Source: Somniosus microcephalus (taxonomy: Eukaryota). Taken from it: a stretch of DNA of 64,000 bases. The position numbers were made by a program, and so were the translations under genes. The notes below the pieces were generated by a model, which saw nothing but the letters and a program-made list of their open reading frames with translations, searched no databases and was not told the DNA's origin. Positions 39,063 to 52,329 of this stretch are shown here, piece by piece (within the stretch, counting starts at the first letter, position 1; each line of letters begins with the position of its first letter). The DNA lies in assembly GCA_052327205.1 (NCBI GenBank), contig CM126214.1:170252001-170316000 (forward strand), written 5' to 3'.

Positions 39063-39360
39063 ATCACAGAATCACAGATCACAGAATCCTCACAGTGCAG
39101 ATAGAGGCCATTTCGGCCCATCGAGCCTGCACCGACACATATCCCACCCTATCCCCTAACACTAAGGGTCAATTTATCATAGCCAAATCAACCTAACCTG
39201 CACATCTTTGGACTGTGGGAGGAAACCGGAGCACCCGGAGGAAACCCACGCAGACACAGGGAGAATGTGCAAACTCCACACACAGTCGCCCGAGGCCAGA
39301 TTTGAACCCGGGTCCCTGGCGCTGTGAGGCAACAGTGCTAACCACTATGCCACCGTGCCC
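39063..39360 (-). mobile_element. HE1 SINE (V-SINE of elasmobranchs)
   Basis: Minus strand: A box TGGCATAGTGG, B box GGTTCAAATC, V-domain GTGGAGTTTGCACATTCTCCCTGTGTCTGCGTGGGTTTCCTCCGGGTGCTCCGGTTTCCTCCCACAGTCCAAAGA, CR1/HER1-type tail (ATTCTGTG)n. Confidence 0.93.
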
Positions 39361-40080
39361 ACCAAGGATCTATCTTTGGCCCGCTGCTATTTCTCATCTA
39401 CACGCTGCCCCTCAGCGACATTATCCGAAAGCACGACATCGGGTTCCACATGTACTCTGACGACACCCACCATCTCTCTCTCGAACCCTCCACACTCTCT
39501 GATTTGTCAGACTGCTTGTCCAGCATTCAGTACTGGATGCGCAGTAATTGCCTTCATCTAAATATTTGGAAGACCGAAGCCATTGTCTTCGGTCTCTGCC
39601 ATAAATTCCGTTCCCTAACCACCAACTCAATCCCCCTCCCTGGCTACTGTCTGAGGCTGAACCAGACTGTTCGCAACTGTGGCGTCCTACTTGACCCGGA
39701 GATGAGCTTCCAACCACAAATCTGCTCCATCACCATAACCGCCTACTTCCACCCCTGTAACATCGCCTATCTCTGACCCTGGCTTAGCTCATCTGCTGCT
39801 GAAACCCTCATCTATGCCTTTGTTATCTCTAAACCTGACTATTCCAATGCTGTCCTGACCATCCTCCAATTTTCCACCTTCCAAAAACTTTAGCTCATCC
39901 AAAACTCTGCTGCCCATATCCTAACTCGCACCAAGTCCCATTCACCCATCGCCCCTGTGCTCGCTGACCTATATTTGCTCCCGGTCCAGCAACATTTCAA
40001 TTTTAAAATTCTCCTCTTTGTTTTCAAAACCCTGAATGGCCTCACCCCTACCTATCTCTAACCTCCTCCAGCCCTACAAC

Positions 40081-40241
40081 CAATGTTGCCTCTTTTTGGG
40101 GGGGCCATGCGGCCCCTTTAGTGGGCTGTGCAGCCCATTCAAAAATCCACGCATCTGCAGTTTTTGTATTTAAAAGCCGGTGAGCTGGCTGCGCAGGAGC
40201 TCCAGAACGCTGCGTGGCTGCGCATCTTAAAGGGGGCATTG
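40081..40241. mobile_element. hAT-superfamily MITE (161 bp)
   Basis: TIR CAATGTTGCCTCT ... AAGGGGGCATTG; perfect 8-bp TSD CCTACAAC at 40073-40080 and 40242-40249. Confidence 0.88.
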
Positions 40242-40900
40242 CCTACAACCCTCAGAGATCTCTGCACTCCTCCAATTCCGGCCTCTTGTGTATCCCCAAT
40301 TTTAATCGCTCCTCCATTGACAGCTTTGCTTTCAGCTGCTGAGGCCTTAAGCTGTGGCATTCCCTCCTTAAACCTCTGCGTCTCTTTACCTCTCTTGCCA
40401 CCTTTTAAGACGCTCCTTAAAACCTACGTCACCTATCCTAATATCACCTTATGTGACTCGGTGTCAAATTTGTTTGATAACGCTCCTGTGGAAGTGCCGT
40501 GGGACGTTTCATTACATTAAAAGCACCATATACAGTAAATGCAACTTGTGCCAAATTGAGGACATTTCTGTTTTTTTTATAGGACTTCAGATAGGGTAAA
40601 TCTCAATTCAAACCTGGCCTTAAGCCAGCTGTAACTGAAAGAGTTCATTTGCATGTGTCAAGTCAAGGAGCAATATGTAAAAATGTCCAGATACATCAAC
40701 AGTTTTAATGAGGTGGCACACCTTTGACCTAATTAGCTTCTGAGTAGAGATGGTGGCGCTAACAAAGGACAAAGTCTGTTTGGTGCTCGGGCAATCTTTC
40801 TGTTAATGTATGCAAGTTTGCAAAACGGAGAATCTAGATGATAGTCATCATCTTTATTGGCTGATCCTTGAGGTTTTCACATGAGAGGAAGGTAGTTAAT

Positions 40901-41380
40901 GGTCTATAAACTTGGCCATACACCACCCATTTTTCGGGAGCTAACCAACCTAATAAGCCCCAACATGGCTGGCTGGAAACGCGTTTGCTGAAAGTGCACC
41001 GCCCGCCATATTGAGAAAGGAGGTTGTGCTGGCGGTAGGAGGTCAAACCAGCAACATTGTAAGTAGAAAATAATTTATGTAAATTAGGGTCCTGCGCTGC
41101 TTCGTTGTAGATTTTCCAGTGCTTCACTCGCCATGTGCTGAAATCGCACAGCACAATGTGATGTTAGCCGGTAAGAAGGTCCCATACCTACCCAAATGTG
41201 GAGCGGGGAAGAGCAGGAGTACTTCTACCGAACCCTCATTAATCGAGCGTAGGCCTCCCCAACCTGCCAACTACCGATCCCTGCCAGCCACCGATTGATT
41301 TATTTTTCCACCCCCCCTGGCCCTGCCAACTACCAATCACACTTTTTCTCCTGCTCCTCCCCAGACCTGGTCACCAATTG
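40901..41380. mobile_element. Degenerate, truncated Harbinger-like MITE
   Basis: GGTCTATAAACTTG resembles the TIR; shares CCGCCATATTG and GAGCAGGAGT motifs with other copies. Confidence 0.45.
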
Positions 41381-41471
41381 ATGTGACATCAATTGATTTT
41401 TTTACTATTACGTACAACTGTTGGAAGCCAATTGACAACATTTGTTTTCTCCTTAATGGCTTGTGTAATAG

Positions 41472-41627
<156 letters not shown>

Positions 41628-44600
41628 TAAACAGGAAAGCAAGGGTGATCGTTTGTTATGCCTGCAGAGAATTATTAGATGTATTGAGCATGGGTTCAAG
41701 AGAATGTTTTGAAATTGTGCCAATATATTAGAGGTTCTTTACAATACTGCCGTTTGGTGCCATGTAAACACAACGAGGAATATGCTGTAGAAAGAGTGCC
41801 TTTATGTACTCTGTCTGTCAGTGAGGGATCCTTAACATTACATACAACTTTGGAAGTTATGTGATATTGGATTGCTTTTATAATTCAGTTTAAGATATAC
41901 CAGACAGGTATTGCTCGTGAAAGTTACAGCATACAACAGCAGTATATCTTGATGTGTGGAAGGTTTCCTGTTACAATATATTCTTCTGCGCCTCTTTCCA
42001 TCGCTCGCGCTCTCGCTCTCGCTCTCTGCCTGCCTCATTCTGGAGGTTTGGCAACCAGTGCAGTGCCTGCAATTTCCCCTGCCCATTCTGTCACATCTAG
42101 CAGTGTTCTTCTGCCTTGCCTGCATCTTGCTCCATTACCATCAATGTTTCCAGACAACAACAATCACAGTAACCATCCTTGTGATTGATGTGCCCATAAT
42201 GTGTCAATTTTCTCATCATAATCAGCCTCATCGCTTCTCTCCTTTTTCTTGTGCTAGTTCCAGGTACTCTCTCATTAGTCATTCTTTTAATCTGACAAAA
42301 GTCTGTCATGCCATAACTCAAACATTCCTGATTGTCTTTAGGATTGAAGATGCACTTTTCACATCCCTGTTCATTTTGATATTTTTGGAGTGGGGATCAG
42401 TTCAAGGAACTCTGCCAATCAATTTACAAATAACTTGTTATCATATATCCCCAGTCCAAGATTTTAGAATGGAGGACACAAAACTTGTGATGGTCTCCAA
42501 CTGCAGACGATGCCTAAACTTCAAGATAACTAGCACTGGCATGGTTATTCTTCTTTAAACAGAGCTTTAGCTTTTTGTTAAATTCAAAAATATTTACTTG
42601 CAGGCACCTGTGAGGTCACCTGCCAAACTGAAATTTCTGGTCCTAGTCATGTGTTCATGGTTTACTGAAAGTTCATAAGTGCTAAAAATCCAGCAATCTC
42701 TCCATTAACCATATCTTGCTTATTCAATGGACTGAACCATATTTTCTTTCCAAGCTTGCGTAAACACAGCTTTGAGGGCAGCAAAAACTCTTGTACGTTG
42801 TGCACATGTCGTGACCAGTGTTTACTTGTTAGTGGCTACACATTGATGCTGTCTCAGGACATGTATGTTGGTAGTTTTCTGTTTCACATCCCTGTCTTGT
42901 TTATGATGTGCATGCCTTTCCTCCTCCTTCTATCTTGCCAGTGAACTTTAGTATGACAAAAGCAGAGTCTTCATTTGGCATTAAATAGGCAAAATTTCTG
43001 TATTTTATTCCATAGTTTTGAAATAAATAGACTCAAAGTGGATGCTGTCTTTCTAAAATTCAAAATGGAGACTCCAGCTAAATTGTCTGGGAGATACAGG
43101 CCAGGTTGTTTGATTCGTAATATTTTAAGGATACCAAGCCTTTATCCCAGCTGCTAATCAAATTATATGTAGACAAAACATTAGTAAATATTCAAAGTGG
43201 GAACATCTGTTCTTCAAGCCATTCTATGCACAATATGCTCAATTGTATCCTTGGAATCCCTGGAGGCCTTTCGCGTGGGATAAGAATTGAAGATTTCTCT
43301 CCTGTTTAGCTCCGTTCACTTGTGAAGTTGAATTCCTGAGGTCAGAATAGGAATTGCCCGTTGTCTATTGAGTGTTTCTTTGAAAAGTTTTACAGATATT
43401 TGACCGTGTAACAAATACATTCTAACCCCTCGTGGACTGATTCTATCTTTATTGTTTTAAGTGGGGTACTTCTAGTTTCTTGCTGTGTGTTACTGCTTCT
43501 ATGTACTGTTTATTTGTAAATAAATGTTGACTATTAGTTTTAGCCTGAACGTAATAGTCTGATAGTGTAGCCTTTCAAAATAGAAAGGAGTATGTGGTGG
43601 GCACTCTAAGTCATTTCCAATGCATTATACTTTGACTTAGGGAAATTAGCATTGCAGATGTTAGTTTATATGAAACTCAGCCTGCTTATGAAAATTCCCC
43701 TCTGATTTAAAATTGAGTTTTAAGTTTTAGAGTTTGGAGAAAGCTCAAACTATAACCTTTAGAACTCTCTCTCTCCCTAAACTCTTCTGCTTTGCTATTT
43801 TATCCACTTGGAAAAAGATTTCCTCCAAAATGCATCTCTTTGACTGTTAGACCAAGCTTTGTTACCATGTCTAATTCTTCTACCACTGACTGATGTCTGT
43901 TTTACTTCCCCCATCCTCTACTACCTTTACTATGAAGTGCCTAGGGATGTTTGCTACATTAAAGAGTGCAAGTTATTATTTTTGATCTATGATAATTATC
44001 CAGTATCATTTTACTTTAGCAGACTGCTTATAATATTTATCTGCAGATTAAAGAGTTATGGGACCAACATGTGTACAAATGGGTTTTTTATTATGCAATA
44101 TATTTCAGCAAAATGAGTCCTTTTTAAAAAGCAATCATCTGGTAACATTGTAATGACCTCATAACTTTTCATGAGGTGATGTCAGGAAATTATCACAAAC
44201 TAATATTGTTTTTACAAAATGATACTGTGCCTTACATGAAGAAAATTACCTGGTCAAGTCACAGTAAAAGTGATCACTTTTTATATCATTTAGAGATTTA
44301 TGGGACAGGCCCTCCAATGATGAAGACATTCAAGTGAAGATGAGAATTATGCGAGAATGCCAACAAATTTAAGCTTTTTAAAAATAAAAATGTATTTTCT
44401 TGGAACAGCGTGATGTTGGATCCCACTGATGTACCTTTCCAAGACCAGTGACTCACACAAATGCTCGCTTACACTTTCATGTTTTATGTAGTGAAAATCC
44501 TTACTGTGTTTATTTAACCACAGATTTGAAATGTCATATAAATAAAGCTGTTTGCTGCCCTTTTTATAGCCCCTCCACTGGGAATATTCCCCTTTTTGTC

Positions 44601-45329
44601 TTTCTCTGACTCTCTGTTTCCTTGATGTTCCCCATGCTCTCTGCCCCCCCCCCCCCCCCCAATCTCCAGTCTACTCACCTCTGAAAGGGCAGGATGGAAC
44701 AGGCAGTCTTGAATCATTGGCCACCACCAATACTACTGTTTGGCTCTGCAAGAAAATTGCAAGAGTGAAGACTTCAGTTGATTTTTGTTTCTACCTGTGG
44801 GGGCAACCCACAATGTTGTACTGCTTGTAAATCTTTTAACACTAATAGAGAGCTTGCAATGAAGAGGAGGACAATATTTTCAACCAATACGAACAATTAT
44901 AAATTTTTGGTGGCAGGGCTATTAATAAACCACTGATTCACAGTGAAAATAAAGGAACCTTCACCAAGACATCTTTTTTGTATTTATTTGCAGTTTCTAA
45001 AGATAAATGAGAATACAATTCTTTGTAGGTGTGTTGGTGTCAGCACTAGACAACTATACAGTTTCTCTGTTGAACAATGGATCTGAATTCTAAATGGATG
45101 CAAATCAGAGAAAACATTGGAATATGAAACGAGGAGCCCAACACTGGAGCTTTAGTGACTCTAACAATAGTATCTCTTGTAGTCCGTGGTAGCCATAAGA
45201 CCGTTGTTGGCAAGCTGTAGAGAGATTCTGTAAAGTTACTAAACTGAAGAAACATAAAAGATGTTTTATGAGAAACTAGATCTGGAATAAGGTGGCTATG
45301 CCATTGTTTCAGGACTCAATCCTTTCAAA

Positions 45330-45860
45330 ACAGCTGAAACACCTTGCTCCTTAAGGTGACCTTTGCCCTCTATCCTCTACTGCCCTATCTCCAACCTCCC
45401 AATCCTCTCTAAGGTTCTCAAGCGTGTTGCTGTCGCCCAACTCCACACATAAGAACATAAGAATCCACAGAAACTCCAAATCATTCAGAAACTCTGTCCT
45501 CCAGAATTTCACTGCCTGTATCTTGGCTGCACTAATTCCCACTCACCTTTTGCCACAGTCCTTGCTGCCCTCCATTATCCTTCCATCCCTCAGTGCATCA
45601 ACTTCAAAATCCTCATCAACAAACCCCTCCATAGACTTGCTCCTCCCTACTCCTCCAATCTTGCCTCCCTGCCTGCACTCACTGTTCTGGAATTCACCTC
45701 CCAAACCGCTTTGCATCTCCACCGCACTCTCCTCCTTTAAGATCCTCTTTAACACCCACCTTGTTGACCAAGCTTTTAGGCACCTTTCCTAATATCTCCT
45801 TTTGTGGAGCACTTTGAGATGTTTTTCGATGTTAAAAGTGCTGTATAAATGCAAGTTGTT
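45330..45860 (+). mobile_element. L2 LINE 3' region ending about 115 nt before the FA exon
   Basis: FWNSPPKPL, FKILFNTHLVDQAF, and tail GTTAAAAGTGCTGTATAAATGCAAGTTGTT. Confidence 0.72.
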
Positions 45861-45964
45861 TTTGTCACATCATTGCTTTATAAGTTGTAATTTATTTTGT
45901 CAGTTACTTTGGTGATTGACAAAATTTGTCTCTGTCTTTTATATGGAGTAACTGTGTTCATTAA

Positions 45965-46204
<240 letters not shown>

Positions 46205-46984
46205 TAACAAAGATATCTTCCATTAAATCTGCGCTACAAAAAAAGTGCTGTGCATAAACTGGTGAGGAATCTTGCAAATCTTTGTCCAGGAGAAAACCAT
46301 TAAGTTCACAATACCTGTGGTGCCACCTCCTGTACCAGAGCCACACACTCTGATCCTATTTCCCTTCTCTTTCCTCCATACTGTTTCATATTTTTCTTCT
46401 TTTTCATGAGAGGGTGTAATACATTTTTGTCCCTTAACTGGGACCTCCTCTCATGTGTAAAGTGCTGCGATTGTAACTAACTAAAGCAGCTAAAATAAAC
46501 TTGAGGCATTATCATTTGAATCACTGAGCTCTATTGATTTTTTTTGGTGTACCAGTACATTCTGTTTTAAATGCTTAGTGATCATTTTCTTTTGAAAATG
46601 CTCTGCATTATTTTGTGACTGATCAAATATTTTTGAGGGCAAATGAATGGCTTTCTAGGTAAGTTTCCACGATGGTGCACCAAGATCTCACCAGAGGTGC
46701 AAGTGGCTTCACGTGGTACATGTAACGTTTGCTTTCCAGCCAAGAATGAAGAAGCAAGTTTAGCCATTACAAATAAAGAAACAAAAAGGCATTAAGGACA
46801 GGTCAGATGTGAATAAGCATTTTTTTTTAACCCTTTGTACCAAACATACACTGTATTGCTCCCCGAATGCATTGCAGCACAGTAGTTGGACAAGGTGAAG
46901 AACCTAAATAAAATTATGGTTGCAATACTTAAGGTGCCACATTTATACAGCCCCAACCTCCACCGTAGCAGTTTTCTACAAGTG

Positions 46985-47240
46985 AATTTAAAGTAATTGG
47001 TAGGAGGGTTAGAGGGGATTTGAGGGGAAATTTCTTCACCCAGGGTGTTTGGGGTCTGGAACTCGCTGCCTGAAAGGGTGGTAGAGGCAGGAACCCGCAC
47101 CACATTTAAAAAGTGCTTGGATGTGCACTTGAAGTGTCGAAACGTACAGGGCTACGGACCAAGAGCTGGAAAGTGGGATTAGGCTGGCTAGCTCTTTGTC
47201 GGTCGGTGTGGACACGATGGACCGAAATGGCCTTCTATGA
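46985..47240 (+). mobile_element. CR1 3' end
   Basis: GNFFTQ..GVWNSLPERVVEAG..TTFKKCLD, QGYGPRAGKWD*, and hairpin GGACCGAAATGGCC. Confidence 0.85.
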
Positions 47241-47442
47241 TTTCGAAATGCAAATTGAAAGGGGGCTGACTAGGACCTGAAATTTGTATTGAGGCAAAAC
47301 GCATTTGAAAAATGTGAAGCAACGCATTTTTGTCACAATGGAAAACAAAAATCGTTATTGTTGCTCATGAAATACAGATGCTGCTGTTTACGACACAATG
47401 TTGCTTCTAATTCTGAAGTCCCTCATAAAGCTGTAACACATT

Positions 47443-48185
47443 GGCCCAGAAATTCGGGTCAGGGGCTTCCTATGGGTGTAAGCCCCCGATCTGCACTTAG
47501 CTTGCGCGCCGGCCGTTGAGCTGTGGGCCCCCGTGGAATTCCGATCCGGGGCCTGGTCCAGCTGCCGGCGCGCAGTGCTTGTGTATCCCAGGGGCGCAGT
47601 TAGTTTGATGCGTCCCCTGGGATCACGTGGGCCATGGGGAGCCAATCCGAGCAGGGAATGCTCCATTCATAAGTCTGACAGGAAGTGCTGTCAAGACTTA
47701 TAAATACTACGGCCCCAAAATAGCACTAAATCTTCAAATAATTTTTTTTTTTAATCACATTTTTTGAATAAACTATAAATTACATGAAATAACTATTTTA
47801 AACAATTTAAATTTTTGAAAAAAATGATTTTATTTTCCAACGGGGCTAAAAATAAACTTACCTTGCTTTAAAGTATTTAAAAATAATAAACCTGTGGGGA
47901 AAAATATTTTAATTAATTCACCACTTACCTTGTGAAAAGCAGGCCTTCTAACTTCTGCAGGCTTACCCTCACGGGAAAACCTGTATTTAAAAAAAAAAAA
48001 AAAAAAAACCTGAAGTTCAATGCGCATGCGCAGCCTCTCCCGCGCCCGCGTTCAACCTCTGAACCCCTTCGTTTAGAGGAACGGAAGTGCTGGTTTCCCG
48101 TGCATGCAGGAAACCGGCACTTCCATTGGGCCTACGGGTGAGTACCCCGTGCACACTCACCCGTGGAGACCCGAATTTCTGCCCC
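47443..48185. mobile_element. PIF/Harbinger-like MITE
   Basis: 18-bp TIR GGCCCAGAAATTCGGGTC ... GACCCGAATTTCTGCCCC (2 mismatches); TSD ATT on both sides; GC-rich arms around an AT-rich core. Confidence 0.85.
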
Positions 48186-48799
48186 ATTATTCTCGAGTAT
48201 AGAAAGTGACCGGTTACTCGTTTAATTTTTATCAGCTATTTAAGCTGTTGATATCAGATATCACACTGAAAGGTGTCTTGCAAACTGATTTTATAGAGGT
48301 TTGATTTGACATTCAAATAAATTATTTGATGTAATCATTGAGTTAAGTTCTTCACCTTGTTAGTATAAGAAATGTACGAGTTCACCCCATCTCCTAATGT
48401 GGTGCAGTAACATATATTTTACAATGCAGATGTTTTATTGCTCTGGGTTAAATGTAACTTTACAAATGTGTAAATAAGTGGCCTGTAGAAACCGCAAGAG
48501 TCACCATATATAAAGTCTGGGGCAAATCGCACAGGCTCTTTTATTACTTGCTACTAGAAACTACACTTTGACACAAAAAGAAATATTGATGTTACCACAT
48601 ATCCTTCAAGCCACAGCAACTGTATTCAAAGATAGCAGCATTGAACTTGGATGTGTGCTAATTTCTAACTTGTTTTTAAAAACTTGTGCTGAAAACATAT
48701 GAAGGCCCAGTATTTTGCAGCACTGTGGCAAAGGTGTTATAGTAGTGATTGCACACATTCACAAATAATGCGTTCATTCACAAATATGAAAGACTCATA

Positions 48800-49160
48800 G
48801 CTGGCAAACACCACAGTGCTCTCTCTCGCTCTCCGTGCCTCCATTCAGCCCATCGCACCTGTGCCAGATCTCTTTATAAAAAAAAAAGCTGTCCACAATT
48901 CTATTCCAGAATTTTTCCCCATACCCATTTACTTATTTTTTTCAAATATATATCGACTTCCATTTTAAAACAACATGTGCATTCTGCTTCGATTACTGTT
49001 TCTGATAAGTCGTTGCATGTTTTAGCAACCATCTCCATTTAAAAAATAAAAAAAATCCTCCTGATATCTCCTTGTTCTTTCAGTAGGAATCTTAAATTTA
49101 TGTCATCTAGTTGCTGACTCACTGACCAATGGAAGATTTACCTTTTGAAAACTTAGTAAA
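48800..49160 (-). mobile_element. Old CR1 3' end
   Basis: CCATTCAGCCCATCGCACCTGTGCC hairpin and degenerate ORF2 C-terminus. Confidence 0.6.
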
Positions 49161-49899
49161 ATTTTGAACACCACAGATCATTTTGGAATAATTTTTCACT
49201 TGAGCGAATTATCCTTTCTAAAGCAGAAAAGAGCACTTATCAGGCTGCTGCACTCTACATCATCTTGGCAAGTGAGGGAAGATTGCAGATTAAAATCCGA
49301 ATGAAGTGAGCTCTACCTAGAATCGGTTCATTAATTCATAGCACTCCAGCACAGTAATTTTCATTTAAAGTGACCCTATTTTGCACAGGTAAAATGCTTT
49401 TCCGGTAAAATTATTATAGTATTTGTCAAAAATAAACCGGCTAGTTCTATCAGCGAGAAAAAGCTTTCACGTAGAGAACTTAGTACTTTCTCCACCCTTT
49501 GAAAACCAGGGAAAGTGAATGCGAAAGTCAAACCGCTCGGGGCAAGGTGCATTGGTGCATGCTTTCTTGAACTGTTTTTCAAAGAGCACTCCACAGCAAT
49601 GTGATCTAAAATATTTAACTTTACGTATGAGTGATGGTGCTACTGGGAAAATCCAGATCCAACATCTTCACATTAGCGCACGTATAGTAGTTTAAATTAT
49701 TTGTTTGGTATGTCAAAAGGACTGCACAAATCAAGCAAAAAACTGAAAACTGATGCGGGCTGACAGTTATGTAGACAGAGTGGCAAAGTTGTGGCTTTTT
49801 CCACTTGAGCGGAGAAGACTTGATAGGAATCGTCAAGATTCTGAAAGTTTGAGGTAAAAAATTATTTGTTTTCACTGATTAACGAGGCAGTAACAAAAG

Positions 49900-50155
49900 A
49901 AAACAAATTTATGATAATCAAAGAAAAGTTTAAGATAAGGATTAAAGAAAAATCTTTACATGAGATGGTTAGAATGCTGAATTCCCTGCCACTGATGTTG
50001 TAACAGAGCCCCTAAATTCTATTCACTAGGAATTGGATAGTTGCTTGAAAAAAAGAAATATTAGAGTTTGGGGAATGAGGAGGAGAGTGGGATTACGTAA
50101 ACAACGGCGCAGACTTGATGGGTCAAATGGTCTGTTTCTGTTATAATATTCTATG
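49900..50155 (+). mobile_element. Old CR1 3' end
   Basis: GGAATTGGATAGTTGCTTGAA...GATGGGTCAAATGGTCTGTTTCTG...TTCTATG. Confidence 0.65.
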
Positions 50156-50436
50156 TATCCATCTTGTTGGCATGTTAGAACTAACATCAGTTTCACTCTT
50201 GAAAAGATGCAAATGCCAGTGTTTACTTCCACGAATGAACTGCAGGCAAGAGTTCAATTGTACTCCTGTATCCGTGTAAATTTGTGCATCATATATGTTT
50301 GACTCCAAAATAATCAACAATTCACATCCTTATTTGCTCAGACATTATGGCGCCTTGGCTGTAATAGTGTATTTGAAAATAAGTTTGATGTTATGTAGTA
50401 TCAATTAAAGATAGGATATGCAAGTGGGGACATATA

Positions 50437-51051
50437 GAGGAGAAGTTGGTGTAACGCCAGGAACCGGCGCCGCTGGAGGTCCAAGGCCCACTGCGAATTG
50501 AGGGTTGGGCCTCCTCAACATAAAACTGGTGAACTGCAGATGCTAATCGGGCATCCCAATGCAGCGGACTAGCCCTGGAAAGCTTGTCTGGCTCTGACGT
50601 GGGGCCAATCCATAGGCAAGTCTGGGGGGTGGGAGGCAAACAGGAGGGGGAAGAGTCCACGGGGGCAGGGGAGGAGTAAACTGGGCCTTCAGAAGCCCAC
50701 AGTTTTGTTGTGGAGCTGAGAGGAGCACTGCTGCTCCTCCTCCTGGCTCCACATAGAGTTAAGTATAAAAAAAGTTGACTTGCATTTTCATCGGCGCCTC
50801 CAGCAGTCTCTAAGTACGCTGTACACCCAGAAACACTGAACGTAGCATGCTGGGCACTTGCTCCGCCCAATTTATGCTGCATTTGGCAGCGGGGGTCGTA
50901 AAACAGCCATTAGGACTCTGATTAGTCTGTTTTAGGCGGGCATCCTGGACACTTAGACGTTGGCACACTTCCGGGGTGCACCCAGGAATTGGTCCCCCCC
51001 AACTCTAATTGTTTGCCCAATAAACGTGCCGACGGGGACCAGTTCTCTCCC
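50437..51051. mobile_element. Harbinger-like MITE, about 150 nt upstream of exon 51199
   Basis: GAGGAGAAGTTGGT ... ACCAGTTCTCTCCC; shares GGAGCACTGCTGCTCCTCC and CCAAT motifs with other copies. Confidence 0.6.
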
Positions 51052-51198
51052 ACCCCCACCCCCCCCCCCCCCCAATGTGTTTTCAGGAGTAAACTAGTGC
51101 ACCTTGACTTTCCCTTGTATCAAATTACACTCGCAGTGCTTAGTATAAAATGTTAGATTATAATGACCATATTTTACGTCAGATATTCTGACTTGCAG

Positions 51199-51383
51199 AG
51201 TTTTTCCGTCCAGCTTCAGTTGGGGAAAACCACGATGCACTTTTGAAGGAGTCAACGAAAGACGCAAGCGAGACTTCAAGGACAGAGACTCCAGACACAA
51301 CACAGTCAGACAGCAAGAAATCCTCCCAAAAATCAGAAAAAACAGATGAAGTAACTACACCAACAAAAATTAAAGAAATGAAG
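51199..51383 (+). CDS. EPB41L1: EPB41L1 exon, unique region (EFFRPASVGENHDALLKES...DEVTTPTKIKEMK), 185 nt
   Basis: ctgacttgcag|AGTTTTTCCGT...ATGAAG|gtaaac; phase 1/0; ends match 4.1N EFSRPASVSENHDA and TPTKIKELK. Confidence 0.92.
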
Positions 51384-51589
51384 GTAAACAGTGTTGAAGT
51401 TTTAAGATCCTGATGCAGACAATCTTTTTGCTATTAGCCAATAGTCCACTGTACTCGGAGATCAGTGGGATTGTGTCGAAATACAAGAGAGATTCATGTC
51501 GAGCCTAGCATGTGTCTGTAAATAAATACCCTCTGCTTTTGTCTGTCTGTCTTGAGTCAAGTCAGACAGCATAATTAAAGACTTGGATT

Positions 51590-51950
51590 AACACACTATC
51601 CAAGCTCACTACTGGGACTGGATTCAAATCCAGCTGATTCTGATGGGATGAATCTCTCCTCTGTGCTGGTTCTAAGGAGCCTAAATGATATTGGTGTGAG
51701 CAATGCAAACTTAGTTCCTGATGGGAGTAAGTCCACAGCTCAGAATTGGCCATGACTCAACACAAATTGCAGCCTCACTAGAAAAGCTCATGCGGATGGC
51801 GGAGAAAAGAAATAGTCAAATTCATATTGGTAGAGAATGAGTGCTTTTCTAAGGTAGGGATTAAGGTGCAATCTTGGAATGGAGCAGAGGGTTCTTTCAT
51901 CTCCTAAATGATATTGCTATACCTGACTTGGAAGTGCTTGAAATTGACTT
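51590..51950 (+). mobile_element. LF-SINE-like ancient SINE
   Basis: GGACTGGATTCAAATCCAGC head, then GCCTAAATGATATTGGT...AGTTCCTGATGGGAGTAAGTCCACA...GCTATACCTGAC in the order of the LF-SINE consensus as I recall it; related to 21825-22147. Confidence 0.5.
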
Positions 51951-52329
51951 TGATGACCCAAAAGTACCATCAATAACGAGCAGTAAGGAGAAAGTTGGGA
52001 AAAACATCAAGAAGTCGGAGAGTAAGGAGACATAGCAGAGTGGTTTAGAGATTGCAGTCCAAGGTAATGAGTGACCCGAGACCCTGAATCAGAGATACTG
52101 GAGAACGACATCATGACAGAGGACAGCATGATAAGAGATACAGAGAAAAGTACATGTTCATGGTTAGATGCAATAAAGGCTGCAGTCGGGCTTACTGTCA
52201 CTGTGTCCGCCAACTCACATAGATACCTGCCTGCTGCTGTTCTCGAAACTGCAGCAGCTGCTGCTAGTACTATTGCTGTGCATGAATTATCACATACATT
52301 TATCTTGCGATACGATATACCTGATGCAA

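Larger units (their letters stand above)
39020..40550 (+). mobile_element. L2 LINE RT to 3' end, interrupted by HE1 and a hAT MITE
   Basis: PQGSIFGPLLFLIYTLPLSDIIRKHDIGFHMYSDDT, WMRSNCLHLNIWKTEAI, LIYAFVISKPDYSN, and L2 tail. Confidence 0.88.

Noticed and set aside
41956-42558. 200-aa hydrophobic ORF vaguely like the hydrophobic exon of 4.1B
   Set aside because: No ATG start, no fitting splice sites, wrong position (between FERM-C and FA exons whose phases already join), and the composition is explained by a pyrimidine-rich microsatellite
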